DNA of 64,000 nt, from assembly GCA_963816145.1 (NCBI GenBank), contig CAWFJP010000018.1, positions 192,001 to 256,000 on the forward strand, given 5' to 3'. The notes below the pieces were generated by a model that saw only the letters and a list, made by a program, of their open reading frames with translations, had not been told where the DNA came from and did no database searches. This DNA is from an uncultured delta proteobacterium. GTDB taxonomy: Bacteria; Desulfobacterota; Binatia; UBA9968. A program made the translations under genes and the position numbers. Shown in pieces: positions 22,735 to 31,322 of this stretch (the stretch's first letter is position 1; each line of letters opens with the position of its first letter).

Positions 22735-24391
22735 TCCTCCTATCGGGCAGCGCCTGATGGACGAAGGAGATCGCGATCGACCCCTCGCCCACTGCCGACG
22801 CCACGCGCTTGATATTGCCGCCCCGGACATCGCCGACCGCGAACACTCCAGGCAGACTCGTTTCGAGAAGATGTGGAACCCTGGCGAGCGGCCAATGCGC
22901 GGCAGCCAAATCCTCTGGCGATAGATCCGGGCCCGTCTTGATAAATCCTTTCGCATCGAGCGCGACGCAGCCTCGAAAGCCACTGGTGCCGGGAACTGCA
23001 CCGGTCATGACGAAAACATGCCTTATGTCGTGGGTCTCGATGTTACCGGTCTCGATGATCGCGCCAGCGCACGCGTTCGAGATGATTATTCCCTTCGAGG
23101 GCGACGATTTCGGTGTTGGTTCTGAGGACAATGGCCGGATTCTGTTCGATCCGACGAATCAGATAGCGCGACATGCTCTCGCGCCAGCCCGTTCGCCCGC
23201 ACGAGCATATGCACACGCTTCGCGGTCTGAGCCAGAAACACCGCGGCCTGGCCGGCCGAGTTCCCGCCGCCGACGACAACGACTTCTTCGTTTCGGCACA
23301 ACTGCGCTTCCATGAACGTCGCGCCGTAGTATACGCCCGCGTTCTCGAACTGCGGCAAATTCTCGATGGACGGTTTCCGATACGCGGCACCGGTGGCGAT
23401 GATAACGGTGCGCGCTGAATACGCGTACATCGTCGTCGATCTCAATGGCGTAGGGCTTGCGGTCGCACACGAGGCGTTTGGCGTCCTTCGCGATCATCAC
23501 CTGGGCGCCGAACTTCTGCGCCTGGGTGTACGCCCGTCCGGCGAGCGCTTGACCCGAGATCCCGGTCGGAAAGCCCAGATAGTTCTCGATCTTCGAGCTG
23601 GAACCGGCCTGCCCGCCTGGCGAGTTGGTCTCCAGCACCAAGACATCGAGTCCCTCCGATGCGGCGTACACGGCCGCGGCCAGTCCCGCAGGTCCCGCGC
23701 CGACGACGATCACATCCCGTATCTGGGTCTGGTCGATGGCCTCATTGAAGCCGAGGCATGCCGCGATCTGCTGGTTGGATGGATTGCGCAGCACCATCTC
23801 GCCACGGCAGATCAGCACGGGAACATCTGCGGCAGTGACCTGAAACCGATCGAGTAATTCCTGGACCTCGGCGTCGCGGTCGAGATCGATGTACGAGTAT
23901 GGATGGGCGTTGCGCGTCAGGAACTCTTTGACGCGCAGCGTTCCGGAGCAATGGTTAGAGCCAAGGAGCACCACGTCGCCAAGCCCGTGGGCGATCAGCT
24001 CCACCCGGCGCAGGATGAAAGCGCGCATGATCAGCTCGCTGAGCTCGCTATCGGTCTGCACCAGCGCCAGCAATTGTTCGCGATCGAGCTCGATCACTTC
24101 AGACGGCTCGCTGGCGCGGGATCGTACAAGCGCTGGGCGGCCCGAAAGCATGTTGACCTCGCCGGTAAAGTGGCCCGCTTCATGGACCACGACGAGAGTC
24201 TCGCTGTTGCCGGACGGCCGAACAACTTCGATCCGACCCGCGGTGACGACGAAGAACGGTACGATGCGCGCTCCGGCCTCGACCAGCAACTCGCCGGCTC
24301 GGATCGAACGTACATGCCCATGAGCGGCGATCCGTTTTATCTGCGCCGGCGTCAAGGTCGGAAACGTGCGCTCGGCACCCGAGGCAAGCAT
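22735..24391 (-). pseudogene. cNMP-binding domain + thioredoxin reductase-like flavoprotein, with three or more frameshifts
   Basis: FTGEVNMLSGRP, GAGPAG, IIATGA, GGGNSAG and AVGDVR spread over four ORFs, with shifts near 23420, 23180 and 23055; may be assembly error. Confidence 0.8.
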
Positions 24392-24459
24392 CGATGCCAG
24401 AGGAAGAACTGCATTCAGTCATTGGAGATGCACCGTTATCGATTGCATTGGCATTCCGA

Positions 24460-25479
24460 CTATCCCATCGTCAGCACCGCGCGAAACCGCGCCTTGCCGC
24501 TCATCATGTGCTCGTATCCTTCGGCCGCTCGCTCCAGCGGAAATACTTCATTCATGGGCCGCACGCCGGTGAGCAGGCTGAAAGAAAGCGTATCCTGCGA
24601 GTCAATCGAGCAGCCGGAAGGCCAACCCAAGATCGAACGTCTACCCAGGAGCAGCGGAATCCCAGACACTTGGAGCGGCTCAGCCGCGGCACCCAGGATG
24701 ACTAATTTTCCGTTGACGCCGAGACCGCCCAATGTCGCGCTCATCGCGTCGCCATTCGTCACCGTCGCGAGGACGACCTTGGCGCCGCCCAACTTCAGCA
24801 GTTCCGCGGCGGGGTCTTGCGCTTTACTATCGATGTAAGACCAAGCCCCGAGCTTTCGTGCCAGCGGCTCCTTGTCCATGCCGCGTGCGATGGCAACGGT
24901 CCGAAAACCCATTTTCGCGGCGAACTGCACGCCCAGGTGGCCGAGACCGCCGATGCCGAGTATGGCGACCAGATCGCCGGGCCGCGCGCCGCTGTTGCGC
25001 AGAGGATTAAAAGTGGTGACTCCCGCACACATCAGCGGTCCTGCTTCGACCGCTGAAAGTCCTTCCGGAATTGATGCCAGTGCACCCGCGGGAGCGATCA
25101 TGTATTCGGCGTAGCCGCCGTCATAGGCGATGCCGGGAACTTTGGGCGCGACCTGGCAGGTGACAAAGTCGCCACGGCGGCAAGAGTCGCAATAGCCGCA
25201 ATGTCCGCCATGCCAACCGACACCGACGCGTTGACCCACCGTCCAGCCCACGACACCGGCACCGAGCGCGTCGATGACGCCGGCGACTTCATGACCGGGA
25301 ACGCGCGGATACTCGATGCCCGGCCACAAGCCTTCCTTGGTCATGGCGTCGCTGTGGCAGATGCCGCAGGCCTCAACCTTTATCCGTGCCGAACCGGTGC
25401 CGGGTTGCGGAATATCGCGTTCGACAATTTCAAAGGGTCCCTTGGGGCGAGTAATTTGAGCGACGCGCATCTTTGACAT
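24460..25479 (-). CDS. Zinc-dependent alcohol dehydrogenase
   Basis: CGICHSD, PGHE, CGYCDSC...C, GIGGLG; GGAGG RBS. Confidence 0.93.
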   Translation of the reverse strand: MSKMRVAQITRPKGPFEIVERDIPQPGTGSARIKVEACGICHSDAMTKEGLWPGIEYPRVPGHEVAGVIDALGAGVVGWTVGQRVGVGWHGGHCGYCDSCRRGDFVTCQVAPKVPGIAYDGGYAEYMIAPAGALASIPEGLSAVEAGPLMCAGVTTFNPLRNSGARPGDLVAILGIGGLGHLGVQFAAKMGFRTVAIARGMDKEPLARKLGAWSYIDSKAQDPAAELLKLGGAKVVLATVTNGDAMSATLGGLGVNGKLVILGAAAEPLQVSGIPLLLGRRSILGWPSGCSIDSQDTLSFSLLTGVRPMNEVFPLERAAEGYEHMMSGKARFRAVLTMG

Positions 25480-25525
25480 AGTTCCTCCGATCGTAAATCT
25501 TTCTGCGACTCGGATATGTGGATGC

Positions 25526-26359
25526 TCACTCCTTGATGAACGCGAGCAGATCTGCGTTGATTTGATCCTTGTGCGTCGAGCACATTCCATGCGGTAATCC
25601 GGGATAGACTTTCAACATGGAACCCTTCACGAGCTTGGAAGACAACATGGCCGAAGCGCCGATCGGTACGATCTGGTCGTCGTCACCGTGCATGATCAAG
25701 GTCGGCACGTCGAACTTCTTGAGATCCTCGGTGAGATCGGTCTCGGAAAACGCCTTGATGCAAAAGTAGGAGGCCGGAAAACCGGCCATCATCCCCTGGA
25801 GCCAAAACGATTCGCGCACGCCCTCCGAGATTTTTGCTCCCGGCCGGTTGTAACCATAGAAGGGCAGAGTCAAATCCTTCCAAAACTGCGAGCGATCGGC
25901 AAGCACACCAGCACGAATTTGGTCGAATGCAGCCATCGGGAGGCCGCCGGGATTGGCCGCCGTCTTCAGCATCAGCGGCGGCACCGCGCCGATCAGCACC
26001 GTCTTGGCCACACGCTTGGTGCCGTGCCGGCCGATATAGCGCGCGACCTCGCCGCCGCCGGTGGAGTGGCCGACGTGGATAGCGTCCTTCAAATCGAGGG
26101 CTTCGGTTAACTTGGCGAGATCGTCGGCGTAGGTGTCCATGTCGTTGCCGCTCCACGGCTGACTCGAGCGGCCGTGGCCGCGCCGGTCATGGGCGATGCA
26201 GCGGTAGCCGCGCGACGCCAGATAGAACATCTGGTCCTCCCAAGCGTCGGCGCTTAACGGCCAACCGTGGCTAAAAACCACCGGCTGCCCGCTGCCCCAA
26301 TCCTTGTAGTAAATTTGTATGTCGTTGGAATTGTCCTTGCCTACCGTGACGTAACCCAT
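25526..26359 (-). CDS. cpo: Non-heme chloroperoxidase/perhydrolase (alpha/beta hydrolase)
   Basis: [33 protein letters not shown]. Confidence 0.9.
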   Translation of the reverse strand: MGYVTVGKDNSNDIQIYYKDWGSGQPVVFSHGWPLSADAWEDQMFYLASRGYRCIAHDRRGHGRSSQPWSGNDMDTYADDLAKLTEALDLKDAIHVGHSTGGGEVARYIGRHGTKRVAKTVLIGAVPPLMLKTAANPGGLPMAAFDQIRAGVLADRSQFWKDLTLPFYGYNRPGAKISEGVRESFWLQGMMAGFPASYFCIKAFSETDLTEDLKKFDVPTLIMHGDDDQIVPIGASAMLSSKLVKGSMLKVYPGLPHGMCSTHKDQINADLLAFIKE

Positions 26360-26412
26360 GGCAAATCTCCTTCAATTAGAATTTCATATCTGGTCGGTTA
26401 TTGACGGCGGAA

Positions 26413-27345
26413 TTATGTTGGTTCGATGGATATCACTACTTTTCCGCGGCCGTGCCTCGCATTTACATTTCCCCTGTAGGCTTCCGCTGCCCGGGCGAAA
26501 GGCAACACGGCATCGACGAACGTGCGGAGCTCGCCCGCATCCAACATCGCGCCGATCCGGACCAGCTGGGATTGATTCGCTTCGACGATAAAAAAGCCCT
26601 GCTTCACATGCTCGTCGATCGTAGCTTCGCTGTCCGCGGCGATGGTGATCAGCCTCCCGCCGGGCTTGAGCACGCTCCAGGATCGAGCCAATGTTTCGCC
26701 CCCGACCGTGTCGAATATCACGTCCATTTCCCGCGCCTGTTCTTCGAAACGCACCGACTGATAATCGATGATCAGTTGAGCGCCCAACTCGGAAACGAAC
26801 GAACGATTGCGCGCCGACACAGTTGTCGTTACATGAGCGCCGTGCCTGCGAGCGAGTTGTATCGCGAAGACACCCACCGCACCGGCGCCGCCATGCACCA
26901 GCAGACGCTCGCCGGCTTGAAGCCGCGCGCGATCGAACAACCCCTGCCATGCCGTCAACGCGCCGATCGGAACCGAAGCCGCCTCGGCATGGGTCAGAGT
27001 AACCGGCTTGGGAGCGACACTGGTCGGCTGGGTGAGGCAAAATTCTGCGGTCGCGCCGTCGGCAAACCAATCGTTCATGCCGTACACTTCCTGGCCGACG
27101 GCGAAGCCGGCCGCGCCCTCGCCGATAGCCGCAACAACGCCGGAGAATTCATGCCCGGGGACCGTGCGGCTGCGCGTTTCGCCGCTTTTGTTATGGGTTG
27201 TCGGGTACCAAATCAGCTCCTTCGAGGTGACGCCCGCCGCGTGCACCCGAACCAGCAACTCTCCCTTGCCGGGTTGCGGTCGCGGCACATCTTCTTCGAC
27301 CAACACCGGTCCCTCCGCAGCATCTGACAAGCGCATCGTTCGCAT
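26413..27345 (-). CDS. NADP-dependent quinone oxidoreductase-like (MDR family)
   Basis: PGHEFSGVV, ALTAWQGL, HGGAGAVG, RGKVVI. Confidence 0.9.
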   Translation of the reverse strand: MRTMRLSDAAEGPVLVEEDVPRPQPGKGELLVRVHAAGVTSKELIWYPTTHNKSGETRSRTVPGHEFSGVVAAIGEGAAGFAVGQEVYGMNDWFADGATAEFCLTQPTSVAPKPVTLTHAEAASVPIGALTAWQGLFDRARLQAGERLLVHGGAGAVGVFAIQLARRHGAHVTTTVSARNRSFVSELGAQLIIDYQSVRFEEQAREMDVIFDTVGGETLARSWSVLKPGGRLITIAADSEATIDEHVKQGFFIVEANQSQLVRIGAMLDAGELRTFVDAVLPFARAAEAYRGNVNARHGRGKVVISIEPT

Positions 27346-27366
27346 AGTTTAGCTCCGTAAATCGGC

Positions 27367-27930
27367 CTAGGAAGCGCTCGCGTTGCGCTCGACCCAGCCG
27401 GCGTATGCGGTTATGAACTTCTGCAAGAATTCCCGCGTGCTGTTATCCGAGAGCGCGCCCTTCTCGTCGAATTTGGCGGAAACGCCGCCGATATACGCCT
27501 CCGGCATTTGCAGGCACGGCATATTGAGAAAGACCAGCGATTGGCGCAGATGATGGTTGGCGCCGAATCCGCCGATCGCCCCCGGCGAAACGCTGACGAT
27601 TGCGCCCGGCTTGCCGTCCCAAACGCTTTTTCCATGGGGACGCGAGCCGACGTCGATGGCGTTCTTGAGCGGCGCGGGAACCGAGCGGTTGTATTCGGGC
27701 GTCACGAACAGCACCGCGTCGTATGCTTTCATTTGCTGGCGAAACTCCGTCCACGCCCGCGGCGGCTGGCCGTTGTCGTCAAAGTCCTGATTGTAGAGCG
27801 GCAATTGGCCGATCTCGACGATCTCCGGCTGCAGCGAGGCGGGTGCCACGGCGATCAATTCCCGAGCGACTTTCCGGTTCCACGATGCCGCGCGCAGACT
27901 GCCGACAATAACTGCAACTTGTTTTGCCAT
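27367..27930 (-). CDS. NADPH-dependent FMN reductase (ChrR-like)
   Basis: GSLRAASWN, TPEYNRSVPAPLKNAID. Confidence 0.92.
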   Translation of the reverse strand: MAKQVAVIVGSLRAASWNRKVARELIAVAPASLQPEIVEIGQLPLYNQDFDDNGQPPRAWTEFRQQMKAYDAVLFVTPEYNRSVPAPLKNAIDVGSRPHGKSVWDGKPGAIVSVSPGAIGGFGANHHLRQSLVFLNMPCLQMPEAYIGGVSAKFDEKGALSDNSTREFLQKFITAYAGWVERNASAS

Positions 27931-28022
27931 GTGATTGATTCCTCATTTCCTTTCCAACAGCGGCAGCAAAATATAAATCACGATTGAACGACCCTCGGCT
28001 TTAAGCTGAGGGTCGTAAATTT

Positions 28023-28139
28023 GTCGACTGGAAGTCGACTTTTCTTTCCGTCATTCCGGCGTAGGCCGGAATCCAGATTTTTTTGGCCTTGCAGCGCTGC
28101 CGAAGATGGATGCCGGCCTGCGCCGGCATGACAAATCTT
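28023..28139. repeat. CGTC-tagged REP-like composite palindrome, copy A
   Basis: CGTCATTCCGGCGTAGGCCGGAATCC ... GGATGCCGGCCTGCGCCGGCATGAC; homologous to 30050 and 35289. Confidence 0.8.
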
Positions 28140-28205
28140 CACTCCGCGTGAAGGCACGGTTTTCGTTTATCAGCGAAACGAACATTGCACCGTCAACTCC
28201 AACGC

Positions 28206-28949
28206 TCACGCGTTGAAGCCGCCGTCGATAGTCAAACTCGCGCCGGTGACAAAGCCGGCTTCGGGGCCGGCCAGATACGCGACCATTGCCGCGATGTCGT
28301 CGGTGGAGCCGTAGTGCGGCACCGCCATGAACTTAAGCAACATCTCGGCGAAATCGCCCTTTGCCGGATTCATATCCGTGTCGATCGGACCGGGTTGCAC
28401 GTTGTTGATGGTGATGCCGCGCGGACCGAGGTCGCGCGCCAGCCCTTTGACCAGTCCGACGAGACCGGCCTTGCTCATGGCGTAGACCGCGCCGCCGGCG
28501 AACGGCATGCGTTCGGCATTGCAGCTGCCGATGTTGATGATGCGCCCGCCCGACTTCATGTGTTTCACTGCGGCCTGGGTGGCGACGAACACGGCGCGCA
28601 GGTTTACTGCCACGGTGCGGTCAAAGTCCTCTAACCGGTAGTCCTCGATCGGCGCCATCGCCGCGACGCCGGCGCTATTGACCAGGATGTCGATACCGCC
28701 GAATTCCGCAACCGTCCGCTCCACGGCAGCAGACACCGCGTTGGCATCGCTGCTGTCGGCATGAATCGCCAGCGCGTTCACGCCAAGCCCTTGGGCGGCT
28801 TTGACCGTTTCGTGCGCTTGCTCCGGTCTGCTCACATAAGTCAGCGCGACGTCGGCGCCTTCGCGGGCCAGACGTTTGGCGATGCCGGCGCCGATGCCGC
28901 GGCTGCCGCCCGTCACCAAGGCGCGCTTATTTTGCAGTGATTGGCTCAT
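28206..28949 (-). CDS. Short-chain dehydrogenase/reductase (FabG/BdcA-like)
   Basis: AAGGAG RBS before ATG 28949; [17 protein letters not shown]. Confidence 0.92.
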   Translation of the reverse strand: MSQSLQNKRALVTGGSRGIGAGIAKRLAREGADVALTYVSRPEQAHETVKAAQGLGVNALAIHADSSDANAVSAAVERTVAEFGGIDILVNSAGVAAMAPIEDYRLEDFDRTVAVNLRAVFVATQAAVKHMKSGGRIINIGSCNAERMPFAGGAVYAMSKAGLVGLVKGLARDLGPRGITINNVQPGPIDTDMNPAKGDFAEMLLKFMAVPHYGSTDDIAAMVAYLAGPEAGFVTGASLTIDGGFNA

Positions 28950-28981
28950 TGAAGTTCTCTCCTTGCGGAATTGGATATTCC

Positions 28982-29052
28982 TCTCGCCAAGGCGCCAAGA
29001 ACGCCAAGTTCGGATCGACATTTTTCTTTGCGGGCCTTGCGTCTTTGCGAAA
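28982..29052. repeat. 9-bp-periodic imperfect hairpin repeat (GCCAAG type)
   Basis: CTCGCCAAGGCGCCAAGAACGCCAAG ... CTTTGCGGGCCTTGCGTCTTTGCGA. Confidence 0.65.
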
Positions 29053-29076
29053 GATATTCCGAAATTCGCATATAAC

Positions 29077-29514
29077 TTATTTGTCGAAAGTCGTGAGTTG
29101 CGCGCCGTCGTCGGCGGCGAAGATCGCGAGCAGGCTCGCCGACTCTTTATTGCTGGCGTTTTCGCTGACCAGATGGCGGCTCCCAGGCGGCTCGAAAAAG
29201 CTCTCGCCAGCCTTGTAGACTTTGGCCGGCCCGGTTGCGGAGTTTTCCGAGCGGATCGCCCCCGAAAGTACGTAAGCGAAGACGCTGCCGGCATGGCGAT
29301 GCGCGCCCGACTTGCCTCCGGGAGCATAGTTCACCAGGATCGCGGTAAGGTTCTTACCGGGCACGTTGCCGAGCTTCTCGGCAGATACCTGCTTGGTCTG
29401 GACGCCCACTTCTTCGCCATCGGCACTCGACAAGGTTCCGATCCAGACAGCACTGCAAAACACCAGTACGCCACTGGCCATGATCCAGCCGGAGTTTGTA
29501 AATGATCGGTTCAT
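29077..29514 (-). CDS. Exported cupin-domain protein
   Basis: Signal-like N-terminus; AHRHAG...YVLSG...GESFFEPPGSRH. Confidence 0.88.
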   Translation of the reverse strand: MNRSFTNSGWIMASGVLVFCSAVWIGTLSSADGEEVGVQTKQVSAEKLGNVPGKNLTAILVNYAPGGKSGAHRHAGSVFAYVLSGAIRSENSATGPAKVYKAGESFFEPPGSRHLVSENASNKESASLLAIFAADDGAQLTTFDK

Positions 29515-29777
29515 GGTTTTCTCTCCTGCTCCCGGACCATCCATTCTCGTATGTAGGGCGAGCAGTGGAGCAGTTCGATGTTGTCCTCTTCGCAGGTATT
29601 GAGAAACCGCACGACCTCAACGTCCACGAGCATTACGCCATCTAGGTCCAGCGCGATGGGCGGATGATCACATTTTATTTCGGTTTTGAATTCATCGAGA
29701 TGCTCCGATCTCAGCCGACCGCTCAGACAAATGATCGTTTTTCCCTCGTCGTAAACTTTTTCAATTTTTACTGTCAT
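29511..29777 (-). CDS. Small STAS-like protein
   Basis: LSGRLRSEHL...LDLDGVMLVDVEVVRFL...CSPYIREW; ATGA overlap with the cupin gene. Confidence 0.75.
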   Translation of the reverse strand: MTVKIEKVYDEGKTIICLSGRLRSEHLDEFKTEIKCDHPPIALDLDGVMLVDVEVVRFLNTCEEDNIELLHCSPYIREWMVREQERKP

Positions 29778-29812
29778 CTGCGATTTCGTTGCCTTGGATG
29801 GTTACACACCTG

Positions 29813-29828
29813 TGCAACGACGAGACCA
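29813..29828 (-). promoter_or_regulatory. Sigma54 promoter P3, with adjacent IHF-like site at 29833-29845
   Basis: TGGTCT-CGTCG-TTGCA; TTTCAAatacTTA is one mismatch from WATCAAN4TTR. Confidence 0.7.
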
Positions 29829-29870
29829 TCTGTAAGTATTTGAAACTTTTGCAATCAACGTGGATGCACG

Positions 29871-29904
29871 TGCCGAAATTTCAGCATTTGCTGAATTGTC
29901 GGCA
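29871..29904. promoter_or_regulatory. Tandem upstream activator site for P3
   Basis: TGCCGAaattTCAGCA-tt-TGCTGAattgTCGGCA. Confidence 0.7.
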
Positions 29905-30049
29905 AACATTTGAAAAATCAACTGGGCTATTGATGAGCGCCGAGCCGTAGCAGAATGCGGCGATTCGAGGTTATGCAGGAAGTAAAGTTTGTAGCGGCGA
30001 AAGAAGCGACCGTGCTCCTTTTCGTGACCCGTAAATCGATTTGACCAAA

Positions 30050-30135
30050 CCCCGGACTCGATCCAGGGCCTGAATCCAATTTTTCATTGCCCTTGCAGCG
30101 CTACCGAGGATAGATGCCGGCCTTCGCCGGCATGT
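30050..30135. repeat. CGTC-type REP-like composite, copy B (partial)
   Basis: CCCCGGACTCGATCCAGGG...CCTTGCAGCGCT...GATGCCGGCCTTCGCCGGCATG. Confidence 0.7.
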
Positions 30136-30373
30136 GGGAAGAATGAAAGTGAAATTCGCCGAGGAAAGCCGATTTGGAGTTTTAGATCACGAAGTAACTC
30201 TGCCATCCGGGGTCAAGGTCTATAACCCCATGCGAGTCTTCCCAAACAACGACGGCAGTGAATTGGTTTTTTCTCTGTATCGCCGACCGGACGTGTCGGA
30301 TCAAGAGTTTGCGGATGATGCCGAGTCGGTGGAGAAGGACTTAGCGAAGTTGAAGACCTTACTTGAAAAATAA
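30134..30373 (+). pseudogene. SRPBCC/polyketide cyclase family C-terminal fragment
   Basis: FGVLDHEV...YNPMRV...DLAKLKTLLE; the 5' end is replaced by repeat copy B. Confidence 0.65.
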
Positions 30374-30833
30374 ATGTCCGAGCAACGACGCCAGGGCAGA
30401 AGATTTTCAAAATCATACCTAGCGCTGCAACCGGTTGACCGGTATGCAAGAATTCAAGACCAGCTGCTTCATTCAAAGGTAGTCAAGTTGCAATTGCCTG
30501 ACCCCGCATCCCTACTCGTATCGATCCGGTCCTTTGTCCCGCTTCGCAAACGATGCGTGAATTTCATCGACGCTGCGCGAATGAAAGATCGTGCAGTTGA
30601 TGATTGATTGGTTGACGATCCGTGCCAAATCGGCAATCCTCAACGACTGACGAACTAACCGACGTTACAGCTTGGCTCAGCGTGGGGAGATCGAGTCGGA
30701 TTTGTATCGTTGTCGGCGGTTCGGTAATTCAACGCGGTCCGATGCGCAAAGTCATCGCTTCCAAATAGATCTCGCGGCGGAGTCGGGAGTTTCTGCGGAT
30801 GGAGGAGAAAGGGCAAGTGAGAAAACCGCAACT

Positions 30834-31088
30834 CTAAACTTCTGGTGCGACGCTCAGCGCATCTTCGATGAAAGGCGCCGCCTCTGGATAGACCCGTTTC
30901 GCAGTTTCAAGGAGCAGCTTCGCCTCAACCAAGTCACACAAGATATCGACGGTTGGCGGCTCCTCGCTGTTTTGGGACGTGGCGACGATATTATTTTTGA
31001 GGACCGTATATTCGGGAGAGGTAATATCGCACGCCGCTACGAACAGGTCGTAGTGCTCAGGCGGCAGTTGGATCATCAGGCTCGTCAC
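30834..31088 (-). CDS. Small hypothetical protein
   Basis: Protein-like 84-aa ORF (EYTVLKN...ILCD...AKLLL...YPEAAPFIE); no family recognised. Confidence 0.55.
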   Translation of the reverse strand: MTSLMIQLPPEHYDLFVAACDITSPEYTVLKNNIVATSQNSEEPPTVDILCDLVEAKLLLETAKRVYPEAAPFIEDALSVAPEV

Positions 31089-31322
31089 TCGTTGAAGCTA
31101 GAAACTTTTCAGTGAAACTACAAGTGCCGGTCGCGATCGAGTCGGCTCTGGACAGTTGCCGGCGGTACGAAGAGTCAACGGGGGCCGATGCGCAGGCTCT
31201 TCGTGGCCAGATAGATCTCGCGCCGGAACCACAGCAAGCCAAGAAAGAAACTCAACATCGCCGCAATGAACAGTAAAGCCAGCGGCGGTTGGTTGATTGA
31301 CAGTTCTTACCGTCCGGCCGAC

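Noticed and set aside
22457-23131. Genuine TrxB-zf-UBP fusion protein
   Set aside because: A strong internal RBS and an out-of-frame stop in an indel-rich gene favour two separate genes
30611-30627. Fourth sigma54 promoter (TGGCACGGATCGTCA, minus strand)
   Set aside because: -24 box present, but there is no TTGC at -12 and no clear downstream gene
30374-30830. Coding or ncRNA feature between the SRPBCC fragment and the 84-aa ORF
   Set aside because: No motif, RBS or stable structure that I can support
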